64,000 nt of DNA from Ruminococcus sp. (GCA_051882115.1 JBJERF010000056.1:5093-69092), one strand, 5' to 3'; positions 40,733 to 51,656 are shown, numbered from the stretch's first letter. The notes: a model not told the origin generated them from the letters alone. Translations and numbers: made by a program.

Positions 40733-41893
40733 ATGGATAAGAATAAAGTAGATGTAATTGAAAAAAGAAAGAAAAGACGCTTCCATCGGGGTATGCTGCG
40801 TTTCCTTGTGCTGATGCTGATTGCATGTTTTTGTATTTTTCTCTATATGGAACGGGGCAACTGGATTACCGGTGTGGAAAATAAAATCGAATCCATTCGA
40901 CAGAATGACGGTGTATTGGCAGAAGGAAACTTTCCGCTGACCATTTCCGGAAACGGTGATTATCAGGCACAGATTCTGGATGATCGTCTGGCGATCCTGA
41001 ATAATTCTTATTTGTATTTATATTCCGTTCATGGGGACAATACAGATACACGTCAGGTTGCTTACACAAAATCCATTCTGAAAACCTCTGGTGATTACGC
41101 ACTGTGCTTTGAAAATGGCGGAAGCAGCTTCCGTGTGGATAAGGCGGGGGGCGTTGTGTATGAAAAGGAAGCGGAAGATCTGATTATTACCGGAACCATC
41201 AGCAGCAGCGGATATGTTGCACTGATTACAGAATCCAGTACATATAGCTGCTCGCTTTATGTATATGACATAAACGGTAAAAAGATCTATACCCGGAATT
41301 GCGTAGAGCGTGTGAATGATGTCTGCTTCCGGTCGGATAATCAGGGATGTGTTTTTGTACAAATGGATGCCAAGGATGGAGAAGTAATCTCTCGTCTTCG
41401 CAGTATTGTGTTTGAAAAGAAAAACGCATTGTGGGAAACACCGGCAATTTCAACCATGTGTCTGGCAACCTCTTTTACAGAGGACGGCAGAATCTGCGTC
41501 ATTGGTGATAGTATGTGTGCATACTATAATGATAAAGGTCAGATGGAATCTATGTATACCTATACCGGTTCTTTGGTGAGCTATCACGTGGAAAATGGAC
41601 GAGCTGCCATTCTGGTGCATAGTGATGAAACAAGAGAGTCCAATCTGATTTTATTTGACGGTTCGGCTGAATCGCCTGTAGAGATTGGGGTCAATCATTC
41701 TGCCTCCTATGTTCAGGTCGATGATGGAACAGCATATCTCATGAGCGGTGACAATATCGTTTCCTATTCTTTTTCAGGAAAGGCAATTGCGACCGTTGCG
41801 CTGGATCGTGCCTATGAACGTTTTTTGAAGCAGGAGAATTACCTGTTTCTGCTGAGCTATGATCAGATTGATCGTGTGAATTTTAATCAGTAA
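40733..41893 (+). CDS. Single-TM beta-propeller-like protein (DUF5711-like)
   Basis: Basic N-tail, one TM, beta-rich repeats; next to a CvpA-like gene. Confidence 0.7.
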   Translation: MDKNKVDVIEKRKKRRFHRGMLRFLVLMLIACFCIFLYMERGNWITGVENKIESIRQNDGVLAEGNFPLTISGNGDYQAQILDDRLAILNNSYLYLYSVHGDNTDTRQVAYTKSILKTSGDYALCFENGGSSFRVDKAGGVVYEKEAEDLIITGTISSSGYVALITESSTYSCSLYVYDINGKKIYTRNCVERVNDVCFRSDNQGCVFVQMDAKDGEVISRLRSIVFEKKNALWETPAISTMCLATSFTEDGRICVIGDSMCAYYNDKGQMESMYTYTGSLVSYHVENGRAAILVHSDETRESNLILFDGSAESPVEIGVNHSASYVQVDDGTAYLMSGDNIVSYSFSGKAIATVALDRAYERFLKQENYLFLLSYDQIDRVNFNQ

Positions 41894-41902
41894 AGGTGTA
41901 TT

Positions 41903-42778
41903 ATGAGTGAATCACAATGGTGGCTATACGACCTGGTCGTTTTGGCAATTGCAGTTTTATGTATCTGGAACGGCATATCCGGCGGCATCGTTCGTGCAGT
42001 GGGAGGCGTGGTGATGAGCATCATATCCTGTTTGCTTGCATCACTGATTGCATCGCCTGTAGCAGAAATGGCATATGATGCTTTTCTTCAGGAGCGATGT
42101 CAGAATATGATCTGCGAGAAGCTGGCACAGATAGATGTAACAGAAAATATACGGGACTATCTGGGGCAAAGGGGGATATATCTTCCGTACAGTGATGCGG
42201 AACTTGCACAAATGTTTGATGAAATCCGTGTGGATGATGCGCAGGCCGATCAGGCAGCAGCCTTGCTGGGCATGGATGCAGATCAGCTTCGGGAGCAATT
42301 GATGTCTGCGGTGACAGATGCTGTAAATGCTCAGGAGGGTTTGATTCCGGACTGGGCGGAGAAAACCATAACAGAAGCAGATCTGAATGTAAGCGGCGTG
42401 CTGAATACAGCGACAGATGCCGCAGCAGCCTTGTTTTCCAATGATTACAGAGCAGCAGCAGTAAATCTGGAAAAAACGTATATCAGACCGGCTGCGATTT
42501 CGCTTTTGTCGGTTCTGGTATTTGCAGTATCGGCATTTTTCATCTCCCTGCTGCTTCGGATGTTCTTAATTGTACTTCCTGAACGCAGTCCCAGTCTGGG
42601 CAATCAGCTTATGGGCGGTTTGCTGGGACTGGTCAAAACAGGGATTTACCTGTATTTGATTGTATTGTTGGTCAGCTGTATTGTATCCATGCAGGACGGA
42701 GCGTACTCGTTCTTTTATGAGGAGACAATCAATCGTACCTATATATTCCGCCTGTTGTATGATGCATTTGTGCGGTAA
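41903..42778 (+). CDS. CvpA-family membrane protein
   Basis: DLVVLAI...GISGG N-terminus and NQLMGGLLGLVK C-terminal motif. Confidence 0.75.
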   Translation: MSESQWWLYDLVVLAIAVLCIWNGISGGIVRAVGGVVMSIISCLLASLIASPVAEMAYDAFLQERCQNMICEKLAQIDVTENIRDYLGQRGIYLPYSDAELAQMFDEIRVDDAQADQAAALLGMDADQLREQLMSAVTDAVNAQEGLIPDWAEKTITEADLNVSGVLNTATDAAAALFSNDYRAAAVNLEKTYIRPAAISLLSVLVFAVSAFFISLLLRMFLIVLPERSPSLGNQLMGGLLGLVKTGIYLYLIVLLVSCIVSMQDGAYSFFYEETINRTYIFRLLYDAFVR

Positions 42779-42799
42779 CAGATAGAAAGGTGATAGAAT

Positions 42800-45139
42800 A
42801 TGATTCCATGTAGCAGATGTAAGAAAAGACCCGCAGTTGTGTTTATCACATCCATGCAGGGAAACCAGAAGAAAAATGAAGGCCTGTGTATGGTCTGTGC
42901 AAAGCAGCTGAATATTCCGCAGATTTCAGAATATATGGAAAAAATGGGAATTACAGATGCAGAGCTGGAACAAATTTCCGATCAGATGATGGACATTATG
43001 GATGGAGACAGCTTTGAAATGGGCGGCAGCGGAATTATGCCGAATTTTTTACAGGATATGATGCGTTCCGTACAGAATATGCAGCAGGGTGAAAACCATG
43101 AGGGAACAGAGCTGCCGACAGAGAGTGCAGAGGGCGAGATTTTGGATCCGGAATCGGTGGAGCCTGTATCCGGGCGCAAAAGAGCCGAACGCGGCAAGGA
43201 AACCGATAAGCGTCAGAAACGCAGAAAAGAACTGAAATTTCTCAGTAACTACTGTACCAATCTGAGTCAGCGTGCCGCAGAAGGTGCATTGGATGATGTA
43301 ATTGGCAGAGAAAAGGAAATTGCACGTGTGATACAGATTTTGACCCGCCGTACAAAGAACAATCCCTGTCTGATTGGTGAACCGGGTGTTGGTAAGACGG
43401 CGATTGCAGAGGGCATTGCACAGAAAATTCATGCAGGGGATGTGCCTTTTCATCTGAAGAATAAACAGATCTATCTTCTGGATCTGACTGCACTTGTGGC
43501 AGGCACGCAGTTCAGAGGACAGTTTGAAAGCCGTGTAAAAGGGCTGGTGACAGAAGTCAAGCAGGAGGGAAATATCATCCTGTTTATTGACGAGCTGCAC
43601 AATCTGGTAGGAACAGGAAGCTCTGAGGGCACCATGAATGCAGCCAATATTCTGAAACCGGCACTGTCCCGTGGTGAAGTGCAGGTAATTGGTGCCACGA
43701 CCTTTGAAGAATACCGGAAATATATTGAAAAGGACTCTGCTCTGGAACGCCGTTTTCAGCCGGTGACTATTAATGAGCCGACGGTGGAGGAAACCGTAGA
43801 GGTTCTGGAGGGCATTAAAAAGTATTACGAAGCCTTTCATCGTGTGCACGTATCCAAATATATGATACGCTTGTGTGCAAAGCTTTCTGAGCGATATATT
43901 ACCGATCGTTTTCTGCCGGATAAGGCAATCGATTTGCTGGATGAAAGCTGTGCCTGCGCCTGCCTGCGCTCACCGGAGATTGCGGAATATGATGCAGCGA
44001 TTGCCCAGCAGACAGCACTTCTGGAGCAGGAAAAGAATATACAGGATGAAATTGAAATTGATTATGAAAAGCTTGCAAAGGTCAAGGGCGATCTGATCCG
44101 GCTCAAGGACAGAATTGCTGAGCTGGCTGCTAAACTGGAAAATGTGCAGGTAACGGAAGCTGATATAGCCAAAGTGATTGAATTGTGGACAGGAATTCCG
44201 GCGAATAAAATTGAGGAAACAGAATTTGCAAAGATTTCGAATCTGGAGCAGCGTCTGCGTAAGCGTGTAATTGGTCAGGATGAAGCGGTGCATGTTCTTT
44301 CGAATGCCATCAAGAGAACCCGTGTGCAGTTATCTGCACGCCGCAGACCGGCATCTTTTATTTTCGTTGGGCCTACCGGTGTGGGAAAAACAGAGCTGGT
44401 GAAGGTTTTATCTGAAACCATGTTTGATTCCACAGAACCTTTGATTCGTCTGGATATGACAGAGTACATGGAGAAACATTCTGTTGCCCGTATGATCGGT
44501 TCTCCTCCCGGATATGTGGGCTATGATGAAGCTGGTCAGCTGACTGAGAAGGTGCGGAGAAAGCCGTATTCGGTCATTCTGTTTGATGAAATTGAGAAAG
44601 CACATCCGGATGTCATGAATATCCTCATGCAGATTCTGGATGAAGGAAAAATCGATGATGCACAGGGACGAACGGTAAGCTTTGAGAATACCATTATCTG
44701 TATGACATCCAATGCCGGCTCTACAGATAAAAGCACCGGTGTGGGCTTTAACCGGACAGCGGATGAGGTATCGAAGGAACGTGCCATGAAGGCATTGCGT
44801 GAATTTCTGCGGCCAGAGTTTATCAGCCGTATTGATGAAGTGATCGTATTCCAGAATTTAAGTATGGAAAGCTTTGAAAAAATTGCCGCACTGATGCTGG
44901 ATGAAATGAAGGAGCCTCTTGGTGAAAAGAACATCACACTTTCTTATGATTCATCTGCATTGACTGTTATTGCGAAAAAAGCATATGGCAAGCCATATGG
45001 TGCACGTGATATTCGCCGTGTGATTCGTCAGGAGATTGAAGATCAGATTGCAGGCATTATCATCGAGCAAAGCGGTTCCGTATCGTCTTTGCATATCGGT
45101 ACAGATGATGGTGAACAGCTTGTCGTTCAGTATAGTTAA
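42800..45139 (+). CDS. Clp protease ATPase with N-terminal zinc finger (ClpE-like)
   Basis: CSRC...CMVC; two AAA+ modules ([16 protein letters not shown]); VGF ClpP-docking loop. Confidence 0.9.
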   Translation: MIPCSRCKKRPAVVFITSMQGNQKKNEGLCMVCAKQLNIPQISEYMEKMGITDAELEQISDQMMDIMDGDSFEMGGSGIMPNFLQDMMRSVQNMQQGENHEGTELPTESAEGEILDPESVEPVSGRKRAERGKETDKRQKRRKELKFLSNYCTNLSQRAAEGALDDVIGREKEIARVIQILTRRTKNNPCLIGEPGVGKTAIAEGIAQKIHAGDVPFHLKNKQIYLLDLTALVAGTQFRGQFESRVKGLVTEVKQEGNIILFIDELHNLVGTGSSEGTMNAANILKPALSRGEVQVIGATTFEEYRKYIEKDSALERRFQPVTINEPTVEETVEVLEGIKKYYEAFHRVHVSKYMIRLCAKLSERYITDRFLPDKAIDLLDESCACACLRSPEIAEYDAAIAQQTALLEQEKNIQDEIEIDYEKLAKVKGDLIRLKDRIAELAAKLENVQVTEADIAKVIELWTGIPANKIEETEFAKISNLEQRLRKRVIGQDEAVHVLSNAIKRTRVQLSARRRPASFIFVGPTGVGKTELVKVLSETMFDSTEPLIRLDMTEYMEKHSVARMIGSPPGYVGYDEAGQLTEKVRRKPYSVILFDEIEKAHPDVMNILMQILDEGKIDDAQGRTVSFENTIICMTSNAGSTDKSTGVGFNRTADEVSKERAMKALREFLRPEFISRIDEVIVFQNLSMESFEKIAALMLDEMKEPLGEKNITLSYDSSALTVIAKKAYGKPYGARDIRRVIRQEIEDQIAGIIIEQSGSVSSLHIGTDDGEQLVVQYS

Positions 45140-45212
45140 TTTTTTTAGGCAAACGGATATCGGACTGCATATGTCAGTCCGATATTTCTTTTGAAATTTA
45201 TGAAAAAAACGC

Positions 45213-45241
45213 TTGACAAATATTTGAAAGTGTGTTATAAT
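45213..45241 (+). promoter_or_regulatory. Consensus promoter of the tRNA operon
   Basis: TTGACA-17-TATAAT with upstream A-tract. Confidence 0.85.
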
Positions 45242-45281
45242 ATATAACGTTGTGAGGGCTGCTGAAAAGCAGCTGAAAAAT

Positions 45282-45355
<74 letters not shown>

Positions 45356-45359
45356 ATAT

Positions 45360-45436
45360 GCGCCTTTAACTCAGCTGGATAGAGTAACTGCCTTCTAAGC
45401 AGTAAGCCACTGGTTCGAATCCAGTAAGGCGCGCCA
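45360..45436 (+). tRNA. tRNA-Arg(TCT)
   Basis: Cloverleaf, ACTGC-CTTCTAA-GCAGT arm, CCA end. Confidence 0.97.
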
Positions 45437-45469
45437 ATATTTACAAATCGCCTTTCGAGGCGTATAGAT

Positions 45470-45547
45470 GGTGGGTGTAGCTTAGCTGGTTAAAGCGTCG
45501 GATTGTGGTCCCGAAGACCGTGGGTTCGAATCCCATCTCCCACCCCA
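45470..45547 (+). tRNA. tRNA-His(GTG)
   Basis: G-1:C73 pair, anticodon loop TTGTGGT, CCA end. Confidence 0.95.
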
Positions 45548-45551
45548 TTAT

Positions 45552-45579
45552 AAAAAAGCCCGATTTATCGGGCTTTTTT
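45552..45579 (+). terminator. tRNA operon terminator
   Basis: AAAAAAGCCCGA-TTTA-TCGGGCTTTTTT. Confidence 0.9.
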
Positions 45580-45817
45580 GCTGTTTAGATGCAAATGAAA
45601 TGTTATAGCAACAGGAAAAATCGATTTTACATAAAAATTTGAAAAAAGAGAAAATGCCTGTTGCAATTTCGGATAAAGTATTGTATAATAATTCATGTAT
45701 ATGCCGAATTTGAAAAAATGCTGCCTGAATCAGATGGTTTTATGGTTTTGACAGCGATTCAGGGATAGATTTGTTATACGGATAATATAACCAGTGTAAA
45801 GGAAGGTACAATAAAGT

Positions 45818-47221
45818 ATGGCTTTTTCGGATTTGTTTTTCTTGTATTTATTTTTGCCGCTATGTGTGGCGTTCTATTTTCTTGCGAAAACGCAATATCG
45901 TAATGCAATATTGATTCTGTTTTCGTTGATTTTTTATGCATGGGGAGAGCCTGTGTATTTGTGGCTGCTGCTGTTCGCTACATGTATGAATTATGTGTTC
46001 GGACGAGCCATTACATATGGAAACGGGGGTTCTGGTTCAAAACTGGGCTTTGCCTTTGCCATGGTGATGAATCTGGGGCTGCTTGTAGGGGTGAAATATA
46101 CCGGATTTTTCATTGAAAATATCAATGCAGTCAGCGGAGCAAATCTTCCCGTTCCGGACTTGCCTTTGCCTATGGGTCTGAGCTTTTATACATTCCGTGC
46201 GATTTCTTATATTGTAGACTGTTATTGGGGAAAGATTCGTGCAGAATCAAAATTCAGCTGTTTTCTTCTTTACATGACTTTATTTCCCATTACAACGCAG
46301 GGGCCTATTGTCCGTTATGAAACCATACAGACCCAGCTTCATGCACGCACCACCACTGTGCTGGATTTCAGTGAGGGATTGGGACGTGTTGTCATAGGTC
46401 TTGCCAAGAAGGTGCTCCTTGCGGATCAGCTTGCCAATATTGTGGATCAGTTTCTGGGCGGTTCGGCCATTGAGGCTCAGACTGCACTGGGAACATGGTA
46501 TGGCGTGATTCTGTATGCGCTTCAGATTTATTTTGACTTTTCCGGCTACTCAGACATGGCACTTGGTATCGGGCGGTTGTTTGGTTTTCGGTTTGAAGAA
46601 AACTTCCGCCATCCGTTCCTGTGCAAGGATGTGACAGAATTCTGGCAGAGATGGCATATTTCCTTGGGCACATTTTTTAAGGATTATGTTTTGTATATGC
46701 CGATTTTCGGCAAACGCCGGAAATACGGCGGATTGTTTCTGGTCTGGTTCTGTACGGGTCTGTGGCATGGCGCAAGCTGGAATTTTATAATCTGGGGTCT
46801 TTACTACGGTTTGTTTATTCTGATTGAAATGCTTATCGGCAAAAAGACTATGAAAAAAATTCCTTTGAGTATACGTCATTTGTATAATAAGCTTGTCATT
46901 ATAGTGGGTTTTGGCATTTTCTATTTTACAGATTTGGGAAAGCTGCTGACTTGTTTGAAGAATCTGTTCTTTATGGGCGGAAACGGTGTAACAGATGTGG
47001 TACTGACGACTTCCATCCGGAACAATCTGTTTTTGATACTTGCTGCTGTACTCTGCTGTTTCCCGCTGCTGGAAATTCCCAAGAAGCGTATGCAGAATGA
47101 TGCAAAGCTGTATCTGACCATGCAGACCGTCGGTACAGTGCTGGCAGCTGCATTGCTGCTTGTCAGCAGTATTTTCCTTGTCAATGCAACCAACCGTCCG
47201 TTTTTGTATCTGCAATTTTAA
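45818..47221 (+). CDS. MBOAT O-acyltransferase (AlgI/PatA/DltB-like)
   Basis: PMGLSFYTF, QIYFDFSGYSDMA, EFWQRWHISL, GLWHGA; C-terminal FLYLQF. Confidence 0.92.
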   Translation: MAFSDLFFLYLFLPLCVAFYFLAKTQYRNAILILFSLIFYAWGEPVYLWLLLFATCMNYVFGRAITYGNGGSGSKLGFAFAMVMNLGLLVGVKYTGFFIENINAVSGANLPVPDLPLPMGLSFYTFRAISYIVDCYWGKIRAESKFSCFLLYMTLFPITTQGPIVRYETIQTQLHARTTTVLDFSEGLGRVVIGLAKKVLLADQLANIVDQFLGGSAIEAQTALGTWYGVILYALQIYFDFSGYSDMALGIGRLFGFRFEENFRHPFLCKDVTEFWQRWHISLGTFFKDYVLYMPIFGKRRKYGGLFLVWFCTGLWHGASWNFIIWGLYYGLFILIEMLIGKKTMKKIPLSIRHLYNKLVIIVGFGIFYFTDLGKLLTCLKNLFFMGGNGVTDVVLTTSIRNNLFLILAAVLCCFPLLEIPKKRMQNDAKLYLTMQTVGTVLAAALLLVSSIFLVNATNRPFLYLQF

Positions 47222-47241
47222 AGGAAGGAGACACGTAGGCT

Positions 47242-49497
47242 ATGTTTGAAAAGAAAAAGAATTATGCACAAGGCGAAATGCGTCCCCTTTCTGCATTTTC
47301 CAAAAAGAGCAGTGAAAAGCCGGTTTCCAGAAAGAATGCACCCATGCAGGTACCCGTATCTCCGCAGGTACAGAGTACGGTATCCTCTCTGTCTGAGCAG
47401 AATAAAATCACCGATGCAGCCACCGTGCAGCAGACACCACTCCGTGCAGCAGCTGCTGTTCAACAGATGCACAAACAGGAGCCGATTGCGCCATCCAAGC
47501 CGGAGCCTAAGGCAGAGGAGGCAGCTTATGAAATGCCGGAAGTGTATATTCCGAAGCCGATACCGGAAACGGTACATACTGTGCGTAAGCCTCAGCCAAA
47601 GCCTGAAACAAAGCCGGAGCCGAAGCCGACGGTAAAGCCGGAGGAAAATTTGCCCCCAAAACCGGAACCGAAGCCTGATGGAAAGCCGGATATTCAGTCT
47701 CAGCCGGAATCTGTAATAGAAAAAAAGACGGAAATGAAACCAGAGTCTCAGCCGAAAGTACAGCCGAAAAGACGGGTTTCCAAGGCACCGGATTTATCCA
47801 ATAAGGCAGAGCGGGATGCTTATTTCAATCAATTTCTTTCAAAAAATTCCTCAGGACAGCGCAATGAAGCACGCCGTACAGCACAAGCAGCTGCATTATA
47901 TCATCAGACTGCCGCCCAGCGGGATGCAGTTCCTCAGAATACCAATCCTTTCCGGAACCGACCGGCAGATCGTCCGGTTATTTCCCATGCAAAGGAGGAG
48001 CCATCGGAAGTGCCTGTGCAGAAGCCGGTACAGCATGAAGAACCGGCTGTGGAACCGGCACCTGCATCCATGACAGAAACCATCGAGCAGGCAGCTATGG
48101 CAAAGCGTCAGGTCAAGAAGGCTAAGGAAGCACAGACTCTGACGCCAGAGATGAAGCGTGCACAAGTGCTGAGTGCTTCCATGCGAACGGTTGCACTGGT
48201 TGGAGCTGTTTTGGGATGCGGTTTGTTCTTACTGCTGGGGGAGCGTTCTACATTTTCTGCGGAGGAAAACCGTAAGCTTGCAGCATTTCCGGAATTTTCC
48301 ATACAGTCCTATTTAAACGGCGAATACACCGCCGGAATTTCTTCCTTTTACAATGATACGGTTCCCATGCGCAGTACATTTAAAAGAGCCATTGCCTCTA
48401 TGGAAACGCTGCGGGGTCTTGGCACCAACGATGAAGAAAATGTCGTATTCTTTGGAAATGTAACGCAGAAAAATCAGGATACTGCGGTACAGACAAATGA
48501 GGAAAATCAGAATTCCACAGAAGCCCCGGCTGTGAACAGTGCTGCCGCAGTTACAGATTCCTCTGAACGCATAACAGAGATGGCAACTGAAGCGGAGGAG
48601 CCTGCGGAGCCTCCGGTTGAGGTAGGGGACAGCATCGTCATTTATAATAAGCGTGCCATCAGCTTTTACGGCGGCGGTTACGGTGTGGAAGAGGAATATG
48701 CAAATGTGCTGAATGATTTTAAAGCGGCTCTTCCAGATGTGAAGGTGTATTCTATGATTGCCCCTACAGCTGTATCCTTCTATCTTCCGGAAGAATATCA
48801 GGATTATACAGCCAGTGAAAAGGAGAACATCGACCGTGCAAACAGCTGTCTGGACGGTGTGACACCGGTGGATGTATATTCCGTTCTGGAAGCGCATCAA
48901 AACGAGGAAATCTATGCACGTACGGACCATCACTGGCTGCCGCTGGGTGCATATTATGCAGCCCAGACTTTTGCCAAGACAGCCGATGTGCCCTTTACAG
49001 ACATTTCTCAGATGGATTCCAAATCCTATGATGATTATGTAGGCTCTATGTATACCTATACTTCCAGTCCGATTTTGTCGGAAAATCCGGAGACATTTAC
49101 GTATTATATTCCGAAGAATGAGTATACGGTAGAATACTATGACAGCTATTTCAATTTCCAGTATGAAGATGAGCTGCTGATGAATCTGGAGGGCTATGAT
49201 CCGGTGAATTACTATCTGGTATTCATGGGCGGAGATGATAAGATTGTGCATATCAGCACGGATACGGATAATGACCGCACGCTGGTTATTTTCAAGGATA
49301 GCTATGGCAATGCAATGGTGCCGTGTCTGGTGGGTTCATTTTCTGAGATTTATGTATGTGACATGCGTTACTTTTATTTAAATGCAGCATCCTTCTGTGA
49401 GCAGGTGGGTGCAACGGATTTGCTCTTTGCCATGAACACATTCAGTGCAACCGGCGGTAATGAGGATTATCTGGAGCAAATATTGTACTATCAATAA
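47242..49497 (+). CDS. DHHW-family (AlgJ/DltD-like) acyltransferase with long Pro/Glu/Lys-rich N-terminal region
   Basis: FSAEENRKLA after TM, RTDHHW, FKDSYGNA. Confidence 0.85.
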   Translation: MFEKKKNYAQGEMRPLSAFSKKSSEKPVSRKNAPMQVPVSPQVQSTVSSLSEQNKITDAATVQQTPLRAAAAVQQMHKQEPIAPSKPEPKAEEAAYEMPEVYIPKPIPETVHTVRKPQPKPETKPEPKPTVKPEENLPPKPEPKPDGKPDIQSQPESVIEKKTEMKPESQPKVQPKRRVSKAPDLSNKAERDAYFNQFLSKNSSGQRNEARRTAQAAALYHQTAAQRDAVPQNTNPFRNRPADRPVISHAKEEPSEVPVQKPVQHEEPAVEPAPASMTETIEQAAMAKRQVKKAKEAQTLTPEMKRAQVLSASMRTVALVGAVLGCGLFLLLGERSTFSAEENRKLAAFPEFSIQSYLNGEYTAGISSFYNDTVPMRSTFKRAIASMETLRGLGTNDEENVVFFGNVTQKNQDTAVQTNEENQNSTEAPAVNSAAAVTDSSERITEMATEAEEPAEPPVEVGDSIVIYNKRAISFYGGGYGVEEEYANVLNDFKAALPDVKVYSMIAPTAVSFYLPEEYQDYTASEKENIDRANSCLDGVTPVDVYSVLEAHQNEEIYARTDHHWLPLGAYYAAQTFAKTADVPFTDISQMDSKSYDDYVGSMYTYTSSPILSENPETFTYYIPKNEYTVEYYDSYFNFQYEDELLMNLEGYDPVNYYLVFMGGDDKIVHISTDTDNDRTLVIFKDSYGNAMVPCLVGSFSEIYVCDMRYFYLNAASFCEQVGATDLLFAMNTFSATGGNEDYLEQILYYQ

Positions 49498-49569
49498 AAA
49501 GAGAGAAAAAATAGGAGCTTGCACACAGATATTGATGCATGCAGGCTCTGCAATAAAAGGAGCAACAAA

Positions 49570-51369
49570 ATGAAAGAATTAGAATATCCCTTTGACGGCG
49601 CATGGATTCTGAAGAATCGCCGTAAAATCAAGAAGGCACTTCTGGCGGAGGATACGTCCCGCATGGAAAAGCGGATTGCCGTTTTAGGCGGCTCTACAAC
49701 CAATGATATTGTGGCAATGATGGAGTTGTTTTTGCTGAATCAGGGCATCCAGCCGGTGTTTTATCAGTCGGAGTATGCAAGGTACTGGCAGGATGCTATG
49801 TTTGAAAATCCGGAGCTGGAGGCGTTCAAGCCGGATCTGATTTTCATCCATACCACTTCACGGAATCTGACCCGATTTCCGGAAAGTGTGACCTGTTCTG
49901 CTGAGGAAATGAATGAGGCACTGGAGCAGCAGTATCAGCATTTTGAGCAGATGTGGGAGCGCATTGCACAGGTTTATCACTGTCCGGTGATTCAGAATAA
50001 TTTTGAAATGCCTTCCTACCGGCTGCTGGGCAACAGCGACGCCTCTGATATACACGGCAAAATTCACTTTATCACACGGCTCAACTGCAAGCTGTATGAT
50101 TATGCCCAGACCCATCCGTCTTTTTACATCAATGACATCAACTATGTGTCTGCCTGCTATGGGTTGGATGCGTGGCTGGAGCCGAATTACTGGTATCTGT
50201 ACAAGTATGCTTTATGTGTGCCGGCAATTCCGGATTTTGCATACAATACGGTTCGTATCATCAAATCCATATACGGCAAAAACAAAAAGGTGCTGGCACT
50301 GGATCTGGACAATACGCTCTGGGGCGGTGTTATTGGGGATGATGGTCAGGAAGGCATTGAAATCGGACATGAAACAACCATGGGGCAGGGCTATGAGGAG
50401 GTGCAGCACTATCTCAAGGCGCACAAGGAACTTGGGGTATTGCTGACGGTCTGCTCGAAAAATGAAGAGGAGAATGCCTTGTTGGGACTGAATCATCCCA
50501 GCTGTATCCTGCATCCGGAGGATTTTGTGGTCATTCAGGCGAACTGGGACAGCAAGGACAGAAACTTGCTCCAGACGGCTGAGGCACTGAATCTCTTGCC
50601 GGAGAGTTTTGTCTTTGTGGATGACAACCCGGCAGAGCGTGCCATTGTATCCGGTCAGATTCCCGGTATGGCAGTACCGTCTTTTGATACAGTGGAAACA
50701 TGCATTCGTATATTGGACAGAAGCGGTTATTTTGAGGTAACATCTCTGTCAGCGGATGATGCCAAGCGCAATGAGATGTACAAGGCGAATGTACAGCGGG
50801 CAAAACGTCAGCAGTCCTTTGCCAATTACACAGAATATCTGCTGAGTCTGGACATGCAGGCTCAGATTGTGGACTTTTCCCCTATATATCTTCAAAGAAT
50901 TGTACAGCTGACCAACAAGAGCAATCAATTTAATCTGACAACGAGACGGTATCAGCTCAGCGAAATGGAGCAAATTGCAGCGGATCCCAAGTACATTCGC
51001 CTGTGTGGGAGCCTGAAAGATCAGTTTGGTGATAATGGCATTGTATCCATTGTAATCGGTGAGATGATGGAACAGACGCTCCATATTGATTTGTGGCTTA
51101 TGAGCTGCCGTGTATTGAAGCGAGATATGGAATTTGCCATGCTGGATGAGCTGGTGCGTCAGTGCCGGAAAAAGGATATCAGAAAGATTGTAGGTTATTA
51201 TTACAAGACACCGAAAAATGCAATGGTTCAGGATTTGTATGGAACATTCGGCTTCACGAAGGTGAAAGCATTTGAAAACGGAGACAGCACATGGGAGCTG
51301 GATGTTGCATCTTATAGAAATAAAAATCATGTAATTACCGTGAACGAGAAGGAGAGTACAGCATTATGA
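49570..51369 (+). CDS. FkbH-family HAD-IIIC glyceryl transferase/phosphatase
   Basis: DLDNTLWGG, SKN, FVFVDDNPAER, NKSNQFNLTT, MSCRV. Confidence 0.9.
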   Translation: MKELEYPFDGAWILKNRRKIKKALLAEDTSRMEKRIAVLGGSTTNDIVAMMELFLLNQGIQPVFYQSEYARYWQDAMFENPELEAFKPDLIFIHTTSRNLTRFPESVTCSAEEMNEALEQQYQHFEQMWERIAQVYHCPVIQNNFEMPSYRLLGNSDASDIHGKIHFITRLNCKLYDYAQTHPSFYINDINYVSACYGLDAWLEPNYWYLYKYALCVPAIPDFAYNTVRIIKSIYGKNKKVLALDLDNTLWGGVIGDDGQEGIEIGHETTMGQGYEEVQHYLKAHKELGVLLTVCSKNEEENALLGLNHPSCILHPEDFVVIQANWDSKDRNLLQTAEALNLLPESFVFVDDNPAERAIVSGQIPGMAVPSFDTVETCIRILDRSGYFEVTSLSADDAKRNEMYKANVQRAKRQQSFANYTEYLLSLDMQAQIVDFSPIYLQRIVQLTNKSNQFNLTTRRYQLSEMEQIAADPKYIRLCGSLKDQFGDNGIVSIVIGEMMEQTLHIDLWLMSCRVLKRDMEFAMLDELVRQCRKKDIRKIVGYYYKTPKNAMVQDLYGTFGFTKVKAFENGDSTWELDVASYRNKNHVITVNEKESTAL

Positions 51370-51641
51370 CACACGAGGAAATTATGAAGCGTCTGACGGA
51401 GGTATTCCGTGATGTATTTGATGATGATTCCATCTGCATCCATGATGAAACCACAGCCAACGATATTGAGGAATGGGATAGTCTGGAGCATATCAATCTG
51501 ATTGGTGCCGTGGAGTCGGAATTCAATATGAGCTTTCAGATGCGTGAAGTATCGAGCATGAAAAATGTGGGAGAGATGGCAGATATTATTGCACAGCGAG
51601 CACAGGCTCCAAAGAAGAAAAAGCGGGGATTCTTCCGCTGA
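51366..51641 (+). CDS. Acyl carrier protein
   Basis: WDSL phosphopantetheine site; overlaps FkbH stop. Confidence 0.9.
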   Translation: MTHEEIMKRLTEVFRDVFDDDSICIHDETTANDIEEWDSLEHINLIGAVESEFNMSFQMREVSSMKNVGEMADIIAQRAQAPKKKKRGFFR

Positions 51642-51656
51642 ACCTTGAAAAACAAC

